DNA from: Octopus vulgaris
Lineage: Eukaryota
Reading direction: 5' to 3'
Assembly: GCA_951406725.2 (NCBI GenBank)
Contig: OX597831.1
Location: 6,324,001-6,388,000, forward strand
Length of the DNA stretch: 64,000 nucleotides
Positions 12,551-47,926 of the stretch are shown here, one piece after another. The translations under genes and the position numbers were made by a program. Numbering within the stretch: position 1 is the first letter of the stretch; each line of letters opens with the position of its first letter. The notes under the pieces are model-generated. The model ran no database searches, was not told the origin of the DNA, and worked only from the letters and a program-made list of their open reading frames with translations.

Positions 12551-15500
12551 AACTTGTGTGAAAGAGGTTTTCATTTCATGCATTTTAATTGCATCTTATC
12601 TCAGGTGTAATATCTAAAGTTCTCATGTCTTTTGTATTCTTTCTTGGTTCAATGCATTTTACTGGGAGGTCACTACACCGTTGTCCATTTTTCCCTTTCT
12701 TCTAACATGTAACACCCGCTTGCAATATTTTTCTCTACTGATAAGCTCTTTTAATGTGAAACTATTTCATGGAAAATACAAAAATATTTCTCTGTAAATT
12801 AAAATCTTAAACTTTTTTGAAAACATTGTTGACAAGCCCACTTCTTGTGTAGGAATATATATGCATTGATGTGCGTTTGAACATATTTCATCATCATCAT
12901 CATCATCGTTTAGCGTCCGCTTTCCATGCTAGCATGGGTTGGACGGTTCAACTGGGGTCTGTGAAGCCAGAAGGCTGCATCAGGCTTGTGTATATAAATG
13001 TATATCTTTATGTGTGACTATCTAAATACAAACACACATGGATGAATGTGAATGTGTGTGAAGGCATCTGTGATAGCGTGACTGCTAACTTGTCACTTAA
13101 GTGCTGTTGCTTACACAGAGGAAAGAAATTATTTGAAGTATAAATAAGGATTTCTCTGTTAAAATGTGTTTTATTGTCTAATTTTAGAAGAGGTCAAAAA
13201 GGCTTTCTTTAGTATTTCTATGTCAATAGTTTGGATTAAGTTTCTTGTTCCATAACTTTCCAGCTACTACAGAGTATTGATATTTGAGTAGATGATTGCT
13301 TCTTTAGATATTTACCAAATAAACATCAGGGGAAATCCTTTGGTCTTGTCAGTATGGAGTATTCATTGGAACATCATCAAAGTACATATTGTTTGGACTG
13401 AAAAATAGACAAAATAAAATTCAATCACCTCATGATATTACACACTGTATTTTTCCCACCAAAATCAAGTTAAATTTAGAGATTCATCATATAATGTATG
13501 ATATTAAGCTGCAAAGATTTTCTCTGTTCTTAGTAAGAAAAAACATTATTATTATTATTTATAATTATATAAAAGTGACAAGCTGGCAGAATCGTTAACA
13601 TGCCAGGCAAAATGCTTAGCAGCATTTCATGTCTTTCTGTTCTGAGTTCAAATTCTGCCATGGTCAACTTTGCCTTTCATCTTTTCAGGGTTGATAAATT
13701 AAGTACCAGTGATACACTGGGACTGACCTAATCAACTAGTTCCCTCCTCCAAAATTTCAGGCCTTGTGCCTAAAGTTAAAAGGATTATTTTATAATTATA
13801 TAAGTTTATTTTTCCATGCTAGCATGGGTTGGACGGTTCAACTGGGGTCTGGGAAGCCAGAAGGCTGCACCAGGCCCAGTCTGATCTGGCAATGTTTCTA
13901 CAGCTGGATGCCCTTCCTAACGCCAACCACTCCGTGAGTGTAGTGGATGCTTTTTACGTGCCAGACGAGGCTGGCAAACGGCCACGATCGGATGGTGCTT
14001 TTTACGTGCCACCAGCACGGGGGCCAAGAGAGGCTGGCAACGGCCACGATCGGATGGAGTTTTTTACGTGCCACCGGCACGAGGCCAGTCGGGACGGCGC
14101 TGGCAACGGCCACGTTCGGATACATGAAATTAAATATTAAAGACTAATATATTGGGGGTCATAATAGATGATCTCTCCTGTAACACTGCTTTATGCCTGG
14201 TATTAGAAGTGGTTTACTACAGTTAAGACCCCAAAATCAAGATGTATTTTATGTGTGCTTTTAGGATTTTTCAAACAGGTTTAGGACATGTTTTTTCTTA
14301 TACTATAGTGAGGGAAGCAGAAGAGATGCTTGCTGGTTATGGAAAAAGAGAAAGGAGCTCAACTGGAAAACAGGAGGGGATTAAGGGGTCAGGATCAAAA
14401 TACCCAATGAACATCCAACATTGTTTGATATCATCAGCTCTTTCTGACCAGGGCCACAGTCAGTATATGGCCCTTTATGTTCAAATCCTGCCAAGATTGT
14501 CTTTGCCTTTCTGCTTTCCAGGGTTAGAATAAATTAGCAATTAATCAACAGTGAATTCAGTGCCATAAGTGCAAGTGTGAAGAGGCACAGAATTTATGAC
14601 ATTATTTTAGGTCTGCCTAATAGGGGATAATTAATTCTTTATGTTAATGTCATTAAGTAGGTAATCAGCCTCGCCTGGCACGTAAAAAGCACCCACTACA
14701 CTCATGGAGTGGTTGGCGTTAGGAAGGGCATCCAACTGTAGAAGCACTGCCAGATCAGACTGGAGCCTGGTGCAGCCTCCTGGCTTCCCAGACCCCGGTC
14801 GAACTGTCCAACCCATGCTAGCATGGAGAACAGACGTTAAACGATGATGATGATGATGAGTGTCAAAACAAATAATGAAAACATTTCAGCAGAGGGGTGT
14901 CAACAGTTTTCTAATTCTGCAGGCAAAGCAATGTACTAAAGCCTATCATATTTATTGATCACAGCAGACATAGATTAGTATTGGAGTCTTAGAACTATGC
15001 TTATCCTTCTCCAGGCTACCAAAGCCTTAAGACAGTACTAGGGATAGGGAGACCCAGAGGTGTCTTTCTACTGAGACACTGAAAACCTGCTAAAACACCA
15101 TGTTTAACTTTGTAGCAGTAATTAAGAGAATTTATATTTGGCAAAAGATTCAGAGTAATGCATAATTAAATGTCCTTCTCGGGGACATAAGAGGTTGAAA
15201 CTCAAGAGCCCTGGGTTGCTAGGATGATAATCTATCCACTTGGCTTCTTCAATAGCAACTCAATATAACAGCCATCTTTATAAATTTCCCAATAGTGTAA
15301 CTGGGATTGGAGACAATAAAGGTAGTTCACTCTGACTGATGCTTTTATGGGGCATCATTTTAGGGACTGCTGTATGGGGGTGGGGATGCAAAGGGAATAA
15401 TTGATTATATTGACCTCTGGTGCTTTTATTTTAACAATCTCAGAAAGATGAATGGCAAATTTAACTTCAGTGAGGTTTGCATTGAGAATATAAAGAGCAG

Positions 15501-17492
15501 GAATAAAAACTAAGATATTTTGTTTAGGGATTCTAATACTTGACTACCTTAACATCATCATTGTCGTTTAATGTCCGCTTTCCATGCTAGCATGGGTTGG
15601 ATGGTTTGACTGGGGGCTGGCAAACCAGATGGCTGCACCAGACTCCAGTCTTGATCTGGCAGAGTTTCTACAGCTGGATGCCCTTCCTAACGCCAACCAC
15701 TCCAAGAGTGTAGTGGATGCTTTTTATGTGCCACCGGCACGGGGGCCAGTCAGGCAGTACTGGCAAAGTTAATATACAAAGAACTCTTTTGTATATAGTC
15801 ATCATCATCATTCCTTGGATCAGATGGAATTTGAGGAAGCAAATTTCTATGGCTGGTTCCTCTTGCCAACACTCACCTATTTCCAACTAAGATATTTTTA
15901 TCCCATAACTGGGCATGTTTTCTCAGAAGACTGGAATGAACACCATCATTTGTATCATAGTGATGCTACAACTTACATTTATGTCAAGACACACACGCAT
16001 ACATATACATGAAAACTGGCCCTTGTGCTGGTGTCACGTAAAAGCACCTACTACACTCTCGGAGTGGTTGGCATTAGGAAGGGCATCCAGCTGTAGAAAC
16101 TCTGCCAGATCAGATTGGAGTCTGGTCCACCAGACCTGTCAAATTGTCCAACCCGTGCTAGCATGGAAAGCAGACGTTAAATGATGATGATATGATAGGC
16201 GTCTTTCCGTTTCCCTCAATGAAATCCACTCACAAGGCTTTGGTTGTCTCAGAGCTATTATAGAAGACTATTGAATACACTCAGCTGAGTGTGTATCATG
16301 GATTAAGATCATTAACACTGATCTACAGCTTGCTGCACCAACAGCTTTGCTCCAAATTATTTCATAGCTTTTCATAAGAATTTCATTTTGTTTAGTTATG
16401 CTCCAAACTACAGCTAATTAATGAATGAGTTTATTTATTAAATCCCTTCAAATTCTTGATTATTTTCAAAGTTAATTGAAACATTCAGGTATTTCAAGAG
16501 AAATATGGTAATGGAAAAAGGAACGGAACCTAACAGAATACTTACACTGGCTTCCAAAGAAATGGATCCCTTCCTTGACGGAGAGCATGCCTGGATTAAA
16601 AGAAACAGGAGAGTTTTATTTATTTATACACACAAACACACATAAAAGTCTCTTTTACTTTCCAGTGATTCGTTAGATTTGTGGGGAGAAGCAATCGAGT
16701 AAATATACAAGTTAAGCTTTAAAGATTCTTCAGTATCAACCATTGTATTACTGAGCACAATACAATTGATGCTGCCATTCTAATGATGGCTTCTACTGGA
16801 ATATCAGCAAGGATCCCTCATTCTAACATTGAATCATAGTTTTATATTCTTTTTAATATGACTTCTTAAATTAATGTTTTTGTGTCTTCATATATAAATG
16901 TATAATTGCTTTTCGGTCTTGAGTTAATTGGCAATAAATTCATTTTATATATATAGTTTACTGTTCCATTAAGGTAGGATCAGTGACGCAAGCCACATCA
17001 GAGGAGTCTACCTCACCTCATGTCTCAATGAGTAGCTCTTATTTAAATAGTCTACATTAAATGATATACGTTTATATGGACATATATATATACACATGTA
17101 TTTTCATATATAATAGGGTATAAACAATTTACATAATTATACACAAAAGAGGTGACCTTTGACAGGACACCTTATATGCTACAAAGGGCAAAGCCCAAAC
17201 CATGAATAAGACCAATTTCAAAGGGAATGAAAAAATATTTTTGTAGTTACCCTCAGACTCGAGTTTCTGTATCAATGTGCAAAATATATTAATTTGCTGT
17301 TCATACTTCTGCAGTGAGGGTGCAAAAATTAATGCATATTTATACACCAAATAACACCGAAAATACACGTGCTACACACTTTTACTTTATAATTTTCAAA
17401 TCCACAGCACAAGCGCAGTTAACATTCAGCAGCAAATAATAAAACAAATTATAAATGCATACTAGAAAGGCTTTGAGACTACGAAAATTTTA

Positions 17493-17636
17493 CTGTGAAA
17501 ATAATAAGGGTAGAAAGTTTAGAAAAATTTGCATATCGGTGGCTAGTATGCATAATAACCAGTCAATAGACTATAATGCATACTAGCCACCAGTATGAAC
17601 ATTTTTATAAATTTTCTACCCTTATTATTTTCACAG
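17493..17636. mobile_element. Tc1/mariner-type MITE (TA-flanked palindrome)
   Basis: TA|ctgtgaaaataataagggtagaaa...gcatactagccac...tttctacccttattattttcacag|TA; nearly the whole element is self-complementary. Confidence 0.8.
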
Positions 17637-17842
17637 TATATACACATTTAATGTAATGTAACAGTCAAAGCCACTTACTATGAATACTCTGGGACCATTT
17701 TCACTCATTGCTGATAATATTAAGCAAACAGAGTCTGGGAGAATAATTTTGATAACAATAACTACTTCACAAGCTTCCTAATTATAACAACTCCCATTGT
17801 GTTACACCTACATTTATTAAACTGAAGTATTTTATTGTTAGA

Positions 17843-18552
17843 CTAGCAGAGATACCCAGTGTTGCTTGGGTTTAAAACAGCATAGTCTGGATATAATATA
17901 TTGCAGTTAGGTTGAAACAGGTGATGCAGGAATGCGCAGCATTGATGACAAAACATTTTGTGGAGTAAATGTTGCATAAATGACAATTTGAGTATAGCAA
18001 GCCAATTTGGACAGAATTATCATTTTTATGAGAATGGGATGGATCTTATCTGAAAGCAACCCCAGGTGTTGTGAAGAAGGAATTTCTACGTGATATGTTT
18101 CCGAGAGCTATTCTATTGGACCTCTGTGAAATCTGGTGTGCTGAACGTTGTTTTAATGATTCAGCATTAAGTGGTGCAGCATGGCCTTTGCTGATCTTGA
18201 GAAAGTCCCCCCCCCCCCCCCCTTCTGTCTTGAGACTCCATCTGCAATGCTGCACCGTGCCTTTGCTGATGTTGAGAAAGTCTCAGGTCCCTTATCTCTT
18301 GAGACTTTCGCCTTCAGTTTTCTGCACTCCTCCTTGCTTTACAGGTATTTCTGGAGAGATAATGTTTTTCCTTTGGTGACTTTTTTTTTCAATATTCTAA
18401 ACAAAAAATTTTGTACGTAGGAAAAAATATACATTAATCTCTATTTTAGTATGCAGTGTAAATTAACCAAATATAAGCAAATTGTAAATACCTTACAATT
18501 GCTGCGATAATTATGAACTGTCAACTGAACAGTAGATGTGCATTTTTATATA
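17843..18552 (-). mobile_element. Probable non-autonomous Helitron
   Basis: The - strand 3' end reads cccaagcaacactgggtatctctgCTAG|t, the same hairpin+CTAG type as the other Helitrons here. The 5' end, near a tatataaaa stretch at ~18550, is approximate. Confidence 0.5.
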
Positions 18553-19599
18553 ACTAGGACCTTCCACGTAATTATTTTTTGTCAATAGTTTGTGTAGAGG
18601 TATGTGTGTATTTAATAACATAATACATGATCTGCTTGGAGAAGGCAATTCAGTTCACTATAGAATGATTCCTTTGTAACTGAATCAGCATGAAAAGGGT
18701 TGCAGCATTGATGCAAATGATGGTTGCATACTTGCTATTTTGTACAAGCCAAACAGACATGATGTGATCAGAGTGTCCAAAGGCCTGGAAGCTAGGATAC
18801 AGTGGCATTCTTTATCATAAAGCCAATTCTAGACAGCCTTCATTTATTCTTTAGCCTCTATATTGTGCTTTGTTTTTCTTTCTCTTTCTTTTTCTGCTGC
18901 AGGCCAACCAGGTGGGGGTTGATGCAAGGTTAAGAAGTTTTAATTTCTTATATATGTAGATGACATCCCATTTATAGGAATAGGGAAACATAAATGGGAT
19001 TATAACTGGCTTCCATGCCAGTGGCACGTAAAAGGGCACCATTCGAGCATGATTGTTACCAACAACGCCTTACTGACACCTGTGCTGGTGGCATTTGTAA
19101 AAAGATTCGAGCGAGGTCATTGGCAGTACCGCCTGACTGGCACGTAAAAAGCACCCACTACACTCTCGGAGTGGTTGGCATTAGGAAGGGCATCCAGCTG
19201 TAGAGACTCTGCCAAATCAAGATTGGAGCCTGGTGCAGCCATCTGGTTCACCAGCCTTCAGTCAAAATCGTCCAACCATTGCTAGCATGGAAAGCGGACG
19301 TTAAACGATGAAGATGATGATTCATTTCCCAAAGTAATTTGTGGTCTCAGTGAAGCTGATACATCATGAAAACAAAATTCGTCTTGTCTTGCTATAGAGA
19401 GGAAGGTAGGGTTATAAGAATGGTATTCATGAAGAAGGACTAGTTTATATAATGAAAGTGTTAGGATGTATAGAGAAACTCTGTGAACCGAATGCAATAT
19501 TAACATGACCAATAGCAACATAAGCAATAATATTAATACGAGTCTGGATGAATAGAAAGAACAACAACAGCAATAAAGAATTGGATTTTGCTTACTTAC

Positions 19600-19629
19600 A
19601 CATTGATTTCATCAAACTTGTATTTATCA
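19600..19629 (-). CDS. Probable alternative downstream 30-nt cytoplasmic exon of the Sushi-TM gene (DKYKFDEIN)
   Basis: Strong acceptor (tttttttctcttcag) and donor (gtaagt), phase 2-2, open in the same frame as the upstream cytoplasmic exons. It lies beyond the stop-containing exon 22567-22675. Confidence 0.6.
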
Positions 19630-21125
19630 CTGAAGAGAAAAAAAAGCAGCAACAAAAATAAATCGTTAAAGGTGAGTAAAATAAAGAAAACATTATTAAA
19701 GGTGAGTGAACTGCAATTTTGCATTAATGCGGATTTGTTTCTGTCTGATGGGATTTGATTAAATTAGTTCTGCACTCTGTCCCTCTCGAGTTACCTTAAT
19801 CCTTTAATTTGAATATGTAACCTTTCTAACTACATTATTAGGGTGGTTTAGCCATTATATTAGGAGAAACTGGCTTCCAAACCCAAATTCCTGCTTTAGA
19901 GGTGGGTGCAAGAGGGTTTGTGGGCAAATCTGCACATGATCTCATGAAATAGCTCTCAATTTCTCTGAGAAAGAGAACTGGAACTCTTAAGACAATGGCA
20001 GATGCGGCTGAGATGAGTTCCAACTGGATCTGGCCAAAAGGGAAATGCAAGATAACATCAAATGCATCATTTACCTTAAAGAGTACTGTCCTTGTTTTGA
20101 TTGTTAGAGTCCCAAAGTTGTGGAAGTTGGATGCTCCAGCATTCTCATGCTGCCTGTCATATTTGGTAATGTTCAGAGAATTTCAGACTAAACCCTTTCT
20201 TAAACTTACAAATACAGATTGCTCTCATTATCATGGAGCAAGTTTTCAAAGCCCAACATTTTTGCTGATTCTTTGATAACCTCCTAAGTTGGCCAAGCAT
20301 TGAGATGAACACCACCTGGGAACCTCTAACTCAGATCAAAACAACTTTCAGACAAATGCTAAATAAAAATTGGGCTCTAAGCACCAAATTCTTATCAATT
20401 AATTGTTCTATAGGATAATAGAATAACAAGCAGATGGTTGCTTAAATGTCTGCTGTTAAGTGCACTTGTTTACCTATGGAGTGTCAGGCTAGTGGCGCAT
20501 AAAAGGGCACCATTTGAGTGTGATCGTTACCAGCGTTGCCTCACTGGCACTTGTGCCCGTACTAGTAGGGTACCAAGAGCACCATCCGAGCATGATCGTT
20601 GCCAGAGCAGCCGACTGGCATGTAACAGGGCACCATTCGAGCTTGATCGTTACCAACGTCGCCTTACTGGCACCTGTGCTGGTGGCATGTGTAAAAAGAT
20701 TCGAGCGAGGTCATTGCCAGTGCCACCTGACTGGCCCCCATGCTGGTGGCACGTAAAAAGCACCCACTACACTCTCGGAGTGGTTGGCGTTAGGAAGGGC
20801 ATCCAGCTGTAGAAACTCTGCCAGATCAAGATTGGAGCCTGGTACAGCCATCTGGTTTGCCAGCCCTCGGTCAAAATCGCCCAACCCATGCTAGCATGGA
20901 AAGTGGACGTTAAACAATAATGATGTGAGAAAATGGTCAATAGGAGCTGCAAGATGAGGTGCCCAAGCCAGCCCACAAGGCACAAGTTGGTGGGTGATTT
21001 GGGTAGGTGAATGCGGTGGAGACTGCCAAAATTGGTAGAACAAAAGGGGGAATAAGACAAGAGTTATGAGCTGGTGATGATGGAGGGATGCAGAGGAGTG
21101 GGGCAGGGAGGGAGCAGCAAATAGA

Positions 21126-21480
21126 GTGGAGGTGCAATGGCCCAATGGTTAGGGCAGCGGACTCGTGGTCGGAGGATTGCGGTTTCGATTCCCAGACCGG
21201 GTGTTGTGTGTGTTTATTGAGTGAAAACACCTAAAGCTCCACGAGGCTCTGGCAGGGGGGTGGGGAGTGGCGACCCCTGTTGTACTCTTTCACCCCAACT
21301 TTCTCTCACTCTTTTTTCCTGTTTCTTGTCCCCGACTTCCTACGCAACCGCTCAGCCTGGATGCGCATTCATCCATCCATCGATGCTCTCGGTGTCGGGG
21401 GTTGACCTGCTTTCTCTTCTGCGGGTCTTATGAATAGCAAAGGACCATGTTTCGGACTTCTCCCACTAGTGGGATGAAGA
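21126..21480 (+). mobile_element. tRNA-derived SINE family D; other copies ~48760-49113(-) and 61304-61694(+)
   Basis: gtggaggcgcaatggcccagtggttagggcagcggactcgcgg...ggtttcgattcccagaccggg tRNA-like head shared by all three copies. Confidence 0.85.
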
Positions 21481-22209
21481 CCGCTTCGCTCAATATCAAC
21501 AGCAGCAAATAGATGTAGTGAAAATGAAACAGTTACTGATGGGAAGAGGACAAGGAAGAGGTGGACATACACATGGACCATGAAGGTGGGGAGTATTGAA
21601 AGGCTGTAATGTGTAAACAATTTCAAAAACCACTTACAGAGATGGATTCTCCCAGGCAATATTGTATCTTCTTTGTAGTATGGATGGCCTTGTGGAATCA
21701 CCTTGTCTGTAATAATAAACATATATATACATACATACATACACACTGATATATATATATGTGTGTGTGTGTGTGAAAATAAAATTTTTTCACATGAGTA
21801 GAAGTCATAAGAGATGAAGCTGGAAACGCACTCGAAGTTTTTAAGAAGATTTTACACTGACTTATTCGATTTCATGATTTTTCATAAGTGTAAGATGGGA
21901 TGGGGTTGTAGAGAATGGAGTAAGTGGAGCAAGAACACACACACGCAAATGAAAACTGTCGCCGAAGAGGTCACAGATGTGTGACGAAAGATTTCCAGAC
22001 AATGGACAGGAGTTAAAATAATAGAATGAGAACAGTAATGAATGAGTGAAGAAAAATATATAGTGCGTGTGTTTATTTGGCAAAAAAAAAAAAAATGACC
22101 ATGCCAATATACAGCAATATCTGTTTCAACACATGATTTCACATCAGGAATCTTGAAAAACGAATTGATAAACATATGTATATTTATGTATATGTGTGTG
22201 TGTGTTTGC

Positions 22210-22244
<35 letters not shown>

Positions 22245-22566
22245 AGGCGAGCTGGCAGAAACGTTAGCAATCTGGGCGAAATGCGTAGCTGTATTTCGTC
22301 TGCCGTTACATTCTGAGTTCAAAATCTGCTGAGGTTGACTTTGCCTTTCATCCTTTCTGGGTCGATTAAATACGCACTGGGGTCGATCTAATCAACTCAA
22401 TCCGTTTGTTTGTCCCCTCTGTGTTTAGCTCCTTGTGGGTAGTAAAGAAATATATATACACACACACACATACATGCAAGTCCTTTACAAGACATAATTA
22501 AAATTAACTACAGCTACACTAAACCGCCAAATTTACTCTATGAACTGGGCTCAGTTTTGATGGCAA

Positions 22567-42691
<20,125 letters not shown>

Positions 42692-42952
42692 TGTTAATCC
42701 AATTCTGTCGTTGTCAGAGGAGCAAAAATTTGAACTCCAGCAGTTGAAATATTCAGCACAAAAACTGGAATGTTGTTGTTTTAGACAAGTCTTTATATAT
42801 TTTTGTGGAGTTTTCGTTGTATTTTTTTTTATTTGAACGAATTATTTGGCCATCAATACTTTCATTAGAAATGCGCTTTTAAAACAAACCAAATATTTTA
42901 TCGAGAACAAAGTAGAAGCGATTTCCAACCTCTGGTAAATAAATCTCTCTAG

Positions 42953-42960
42953 TTTTATAC
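42953..42960 (-). promoter_or_regulatory. Candidate TATA box for the Sushi-TM gene first exon
   Basis: GTATAAAA on the - strand, ~260 nt upstream of the ATG at 42691 (context acaATG, with an in-frame stop upstream). The exon ends at a GTAAG donor at 42672. Confidence 0.35.
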
Positions 42961-43554
42961 AACACAACTGAAATCTTTGTTCATTGATCAAATCATAAAC
43001 TCAAATACAAAGAAAGCAATACTACATTCTTGTGTTTTTTCACCTCTTCTTCTCCTTCTTCTTCTTCATCCTCTTCTTCTACTTCCTCCTCCTCCACCTC
43101 CTCACTTTCATTTTTGTCTTTCCTCTTTAAACCGGGATCATACAAAAAATGTTGCTGCTATGCCTAATCACTCCCACCACACCATCATACTCCTCGTCCT
43201 CCCCCTCCTTTTAATCATCATCATCGTCATCATCATCATCATCATCATCATCATCACCTAACCGTTACAGCTACAATAGTTTAATGTCTTCGCTATTCCT
43301 GTTCTTCTCCTTATTCATTTGGCCATAAAAACAAGATTCCAACATTTCTTCAAGCATGAGATATTTGTTATCATTTCCTCCATCAACCAAAAATATATTA
43401 CCATTCATTCCTGAAGAAAAATCAAGAAATTTTACCTCCAAAACTTTAATTTCTTCTTTCCTCACCCTGTTAGCAACGTTGTAACTGCTAGCAATTAATC
43501 ATAGCTACAGCAAAAATATTCAAGAATGTTAAACTGACGATGACGATGACGATG

Positions 43555-43614
<60 letters not shown>

Positions 43615-43969
43615 GTGCCTGGTGTACCCTTATCAGACGGGTAGTCATGATGGGTATATTGGGCTTCGTATATTTTACCCCAGTGTCACTTTGATGGCAT
43701 GCACTGCTCTCTCACTCAATAATAATAATAATCTTTTCTACTCTAGGCACAAGACCCGAAATTTTGGGGAGTGCCAGTCCTACGCAACTGGTACTTAGTT
43801 TATCGACCCCGAAAGGATGAAAGGTAAAGTCGAACTTGGCGGAATTTGAATTCAGAACGTAAAGACAAACGAAATACTGCTAAGTATTTCGCCCGGCGTG
43901 CTAACGTTTCTGCCAGCTCGCCGCCTTAATAATAATAATGATAACAACAACAACAATAATAAAAATGGA

Positions 43970-45090
43970 AGTTGTAAAAAAGGATGTAAACGTTGGTCTA
44001 TAAAAAAGCTTTTGATAGTCTGACCACATAGCTGGATTAAGAAATGTCAAGAAATGTATTAAAAAAGCACCTACTCTGCGAAGCTTCTAGTCTGTAAGTA
44101 TGAGATAATGGAAAATCACACTGATTTTGAACACTGACAATGAATCTCTCAATGCTGGAGATGTAAGAATTCCATGTGGCATTTTACAGGGTGATTCTCT
44201 ATTACTGCTCCTCTTTTGTCTAGCCTTAATACCTCTCTCGAAATTGCTCGGTGATGTGCAATATGGCTATGAAATGTTTGATGAAAATATAAACCATCTC
44301 TTTTACACGGATGATTTAAAGCTCTTAGCAAAAAATGACCAACAGCTACAGGGCTTACTAGCAATTGTTAAACAATTCAGCGATGACACCAGGGTGCAAT
44401 TTGGCCTCGATAAATATGCAAAAGCTACTTTTATCAAAGGAAAAATGACAGAAATTCCCAACGTTAATCTTGACTGTCATAAAGGAGTTAGAACCAGCGG
44501 AGAGATACAAATATGTAGGGGTATTTAAAGGGGATGAAATCAAACATTCAATGATGAGGGAAAGGATCAGAAGAAAATGTTATTGCAGGGTAAGGACAAA
44601 ACTCAAGACAGAGCTGAATGAAAGAAACAGGATCGAAGCGATCAATACTTTAGCCATACCGGTCGTGACTTACAGTTTCAGTATCATTAACTGGTCGATT
44701 ACTGAAATATGTAATCTTGGCAGAAAAATACGAAAATTATTGGCAATGCAGAGATTGCACAACCGTAAGGCAGATATAAAACTACTTTACCTGCCAAGAA
44801 AAGAGGGTGACCGCGGACTTTTACAACTGGAATTAACAATGAAGATTGCCACAATTGGCCTAAACACCTGACTGAAAAAATCTGATGACTGGATGTTAAA
44901 ACTTGCCTTAAAGCACGAAAACAAGAAAGCATCATACTCAGTTACAAAACAGCCAAAGGAATATCTAAGTGAATTCCAAATACAACAAATTCCAGTAAAC
45001 AAGTACAGAAAAAGCTAAGCGTATGAAAACCAGAGCTAAAACTGCTGCCTTAGATATTCTTACTGATAAATGGCAAGAAAAACCTCTCAA
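43970..45090 (+). mobile_element. R4/Dong-like LINE reverse-transcriptase fragment, frameshifted
   Basis: GILQGDSL..LLFCLALIPLS...HLFYTDDLKL...QFGLDK; YKYVG...RIEAINTLAIPVVTYSF...LYLPRKEGDRGL. Confidence 0.85.
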
Positions 45091-45411
45091 TAGCAGTCGA
45101 GCTTATTTCAGATACTCTCATCTTAAAATTCATCTCTGGCTAATCGTTGAGAGGACGTTGGTGTTGCCTTGGTGGAGGTTTGGGCTCTCTCAATGCTCTT
45201 GTTATTATTATTATCATCACTGATAGTATTTTCGTGTTTTTTTTACTATTTGTCATTGTTAATATTTCCTCTGGTCGGACATGAGTTTTGGTTAATTGTC
45301 ATTAACACTTTCGTGTTAGTACTAGGGTCTTATCTATTATCCATATGGTGCTCATATCAGGGGATACCGACAACGTATTTATGATCAGTGGAACAGAGAT
45401 TATGTGATCGA

Positions 45412-45450
<39 letters not shown>

Positions 45451-46266
45451 GTTTGTTTGTTTTGATATTAATATTGAAAAAAATCGAGCTTGTTTGTAAC
45501 AAATTTTGGACCTGGGTGAATTATTCAAACCCCAAAGAATCCCTTTCAACACATGGCTATGATGCTTCCCCACTACTTCTACTCGTGATCAGAGACACAC
45601 ATACTGCCAGTCAACAAAGAATATGCCCAACTGGTTATGGTCAAACAACTGACAAGCACATCTGTGGTTCTGATCAGATTATTTACTGTGGTGCATCTTT
45701 TACACCAATGCAAAATATGTACACGATAACACTTCCAATCAGTTAAGATCAGAAGCCATGAGAGCCACTGCCTGGTACTGCTTCATGGCATTTATTATTG
45801 TTATTTCTCTTTACCACATGTTTTGTTGGAGCTTCTGGAGCCTTACATGCGTAACGGGCTTGCTACCTGAAGCCTACGGCACAAGAAGTCTGCACATGGA
45901 GACAACATGACCAATGGCTTCATTTTGTTGTTTACTTACGCGACATGTTGGGCTACTGCCGTTCTTTAATATGTTGGCCCGGTAGCTCCCTGTAGGTAGG
46001 CATTGGTCTTGGGCTGTTATGATAAACCCCTCTGCGTCTGATTTTAAGCTAGATTCCTGATTTTAACCATTGATGGGAAAGGACTTTGTCAACATCAGCA
46101 TTAATAGCTCTCTTTTTGAGAGCGGTCGGGTTCATTTTTAATATTCTCGTTTGTGAGAGCAGTCGAGTTTATTTCAGATATTCTCATTTTAAAAATCATC
46201 TCAGGTTAATCGTTGAGAGGACTTTGGTGTTGCTTTGGCAGAGGTTTGGGCTCTCTGAGTGCTCTT

Positions 46267-46526
<260 letters not shown>

Positions 46527-47075
46527 GTTTGTTTGTTTTGATATTAATATTGAAAAAAATCGAGCTTGTTTGGACCTGGGTTTGAAACCCCAAAACAAAT
46601 TTTGTTCTCGCGCTTCTGCCGTCGTATATGAATGTAACGGTAGAAGTTTCCAGTTCTGTTTAGAAGTCGTTTCTTGTTTGTAACGTTGAGGCATTGAACT
46701 TTAAATGTCCTGAAACAATTTCTTCGTCAGTTGTTATTCAACGAAGCAATGTATGAAGACGAGACGAGGTATCCGTAGAAATCCTTCAGATTTCATTTTC
46801 TCTTCTGCAAAGTCGAACACAATAAATCATTTTGAATAGTTTCAAGAAAGAGAAATACGTCGCCATTTCTCTCCCTTTCTTTCTCTCCTTTTCTTTCCCT
46901 CCTTCTCTCTCTGTCCATCTCTCTTTCACTTCCCCGTCTCCTCTTCTTCCCCTCTTTCCATCTGTATATCCTCCTCCTCTCTTCCTCTCGCCGTCCGTCT
47001 TTCTCTCTTCCTTTCCCTCTCTCTCTCTTTCTCTCTGTCTTGTTTCTCTGTGTCCCTCTCTCCTCTCTCTCTCTT

Positions 47076-47117
<42 letters not shown>

Positions 47118-47870
47118 CCTCTCTATCCCTTTCCTTCTTTAACCTTCCTCCCCTTTTACTTGCTCTCTTTTTATCCTCTCTCTTCAACCGAATATTGCAT
47201 TTTCCCCCCTCTCTCATCCTTTTCTCCACTTCCTCTTCCTTTCTCTTCATCTCTTTCCCCATATCTTTCTATCTCTCCCTCCCCCTCTCTCTCTCTATTT
47301 ATCTATCTATCTCGTTTTTCTTCTTTTCTCTTTTTCTATCGCTTCCCCTTGATATCTTCACCGCTGTCTTAATACAATCTGAACGGTTCGAACTGTGCTA
47401 TAGAAGCCAAGGACATTATATTTAATCACCTCTGCTCACTTCACAGATCTGTCGTTGCTTATCTTCACAAAGAGGAATCAAAGATATTCACAAATGAAGA
47501 GATTCCACTCACTCTGGTGTTTACCAGGAATCGACTGGGTGCGTGCCATTTCCCCCACCCAACTCATTGTCATTAAAATGCTCTTCTGGGGTAGAGCAGC
47601 GTTCTTTGATATGTGTTTCTCACCTTTTACCGGTTCAACTCTCCGATTTTCCTTCTGTGTGTTTTTTTTTTACTTGTTTCAGTCATTTGACTGCGGCCAT
47701 GCTGGAGCACCGCCTTTAGTCGAGCAAATCGACCCCGGGACTTATTCTTTGTAAGCCCAGTACTTTATTCTATCGGTCTCTTTTGCCGAACCGCTAAGTG
47801 ACGGGGACGTAAACACACCAGCATCGGTTGTCAAGCAATGCTAGGGGGACAAACACAGACACACAAACAC

Positions 47871-47926
<56 letters not shown>

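Noticed and set aside
42977-43465. ORFs 42977-43261(+) and 43271-43465(-)
   Set aside because: Mostly trinucleotide-repeat derived or without a recognisable domain; no consistent splice partners.
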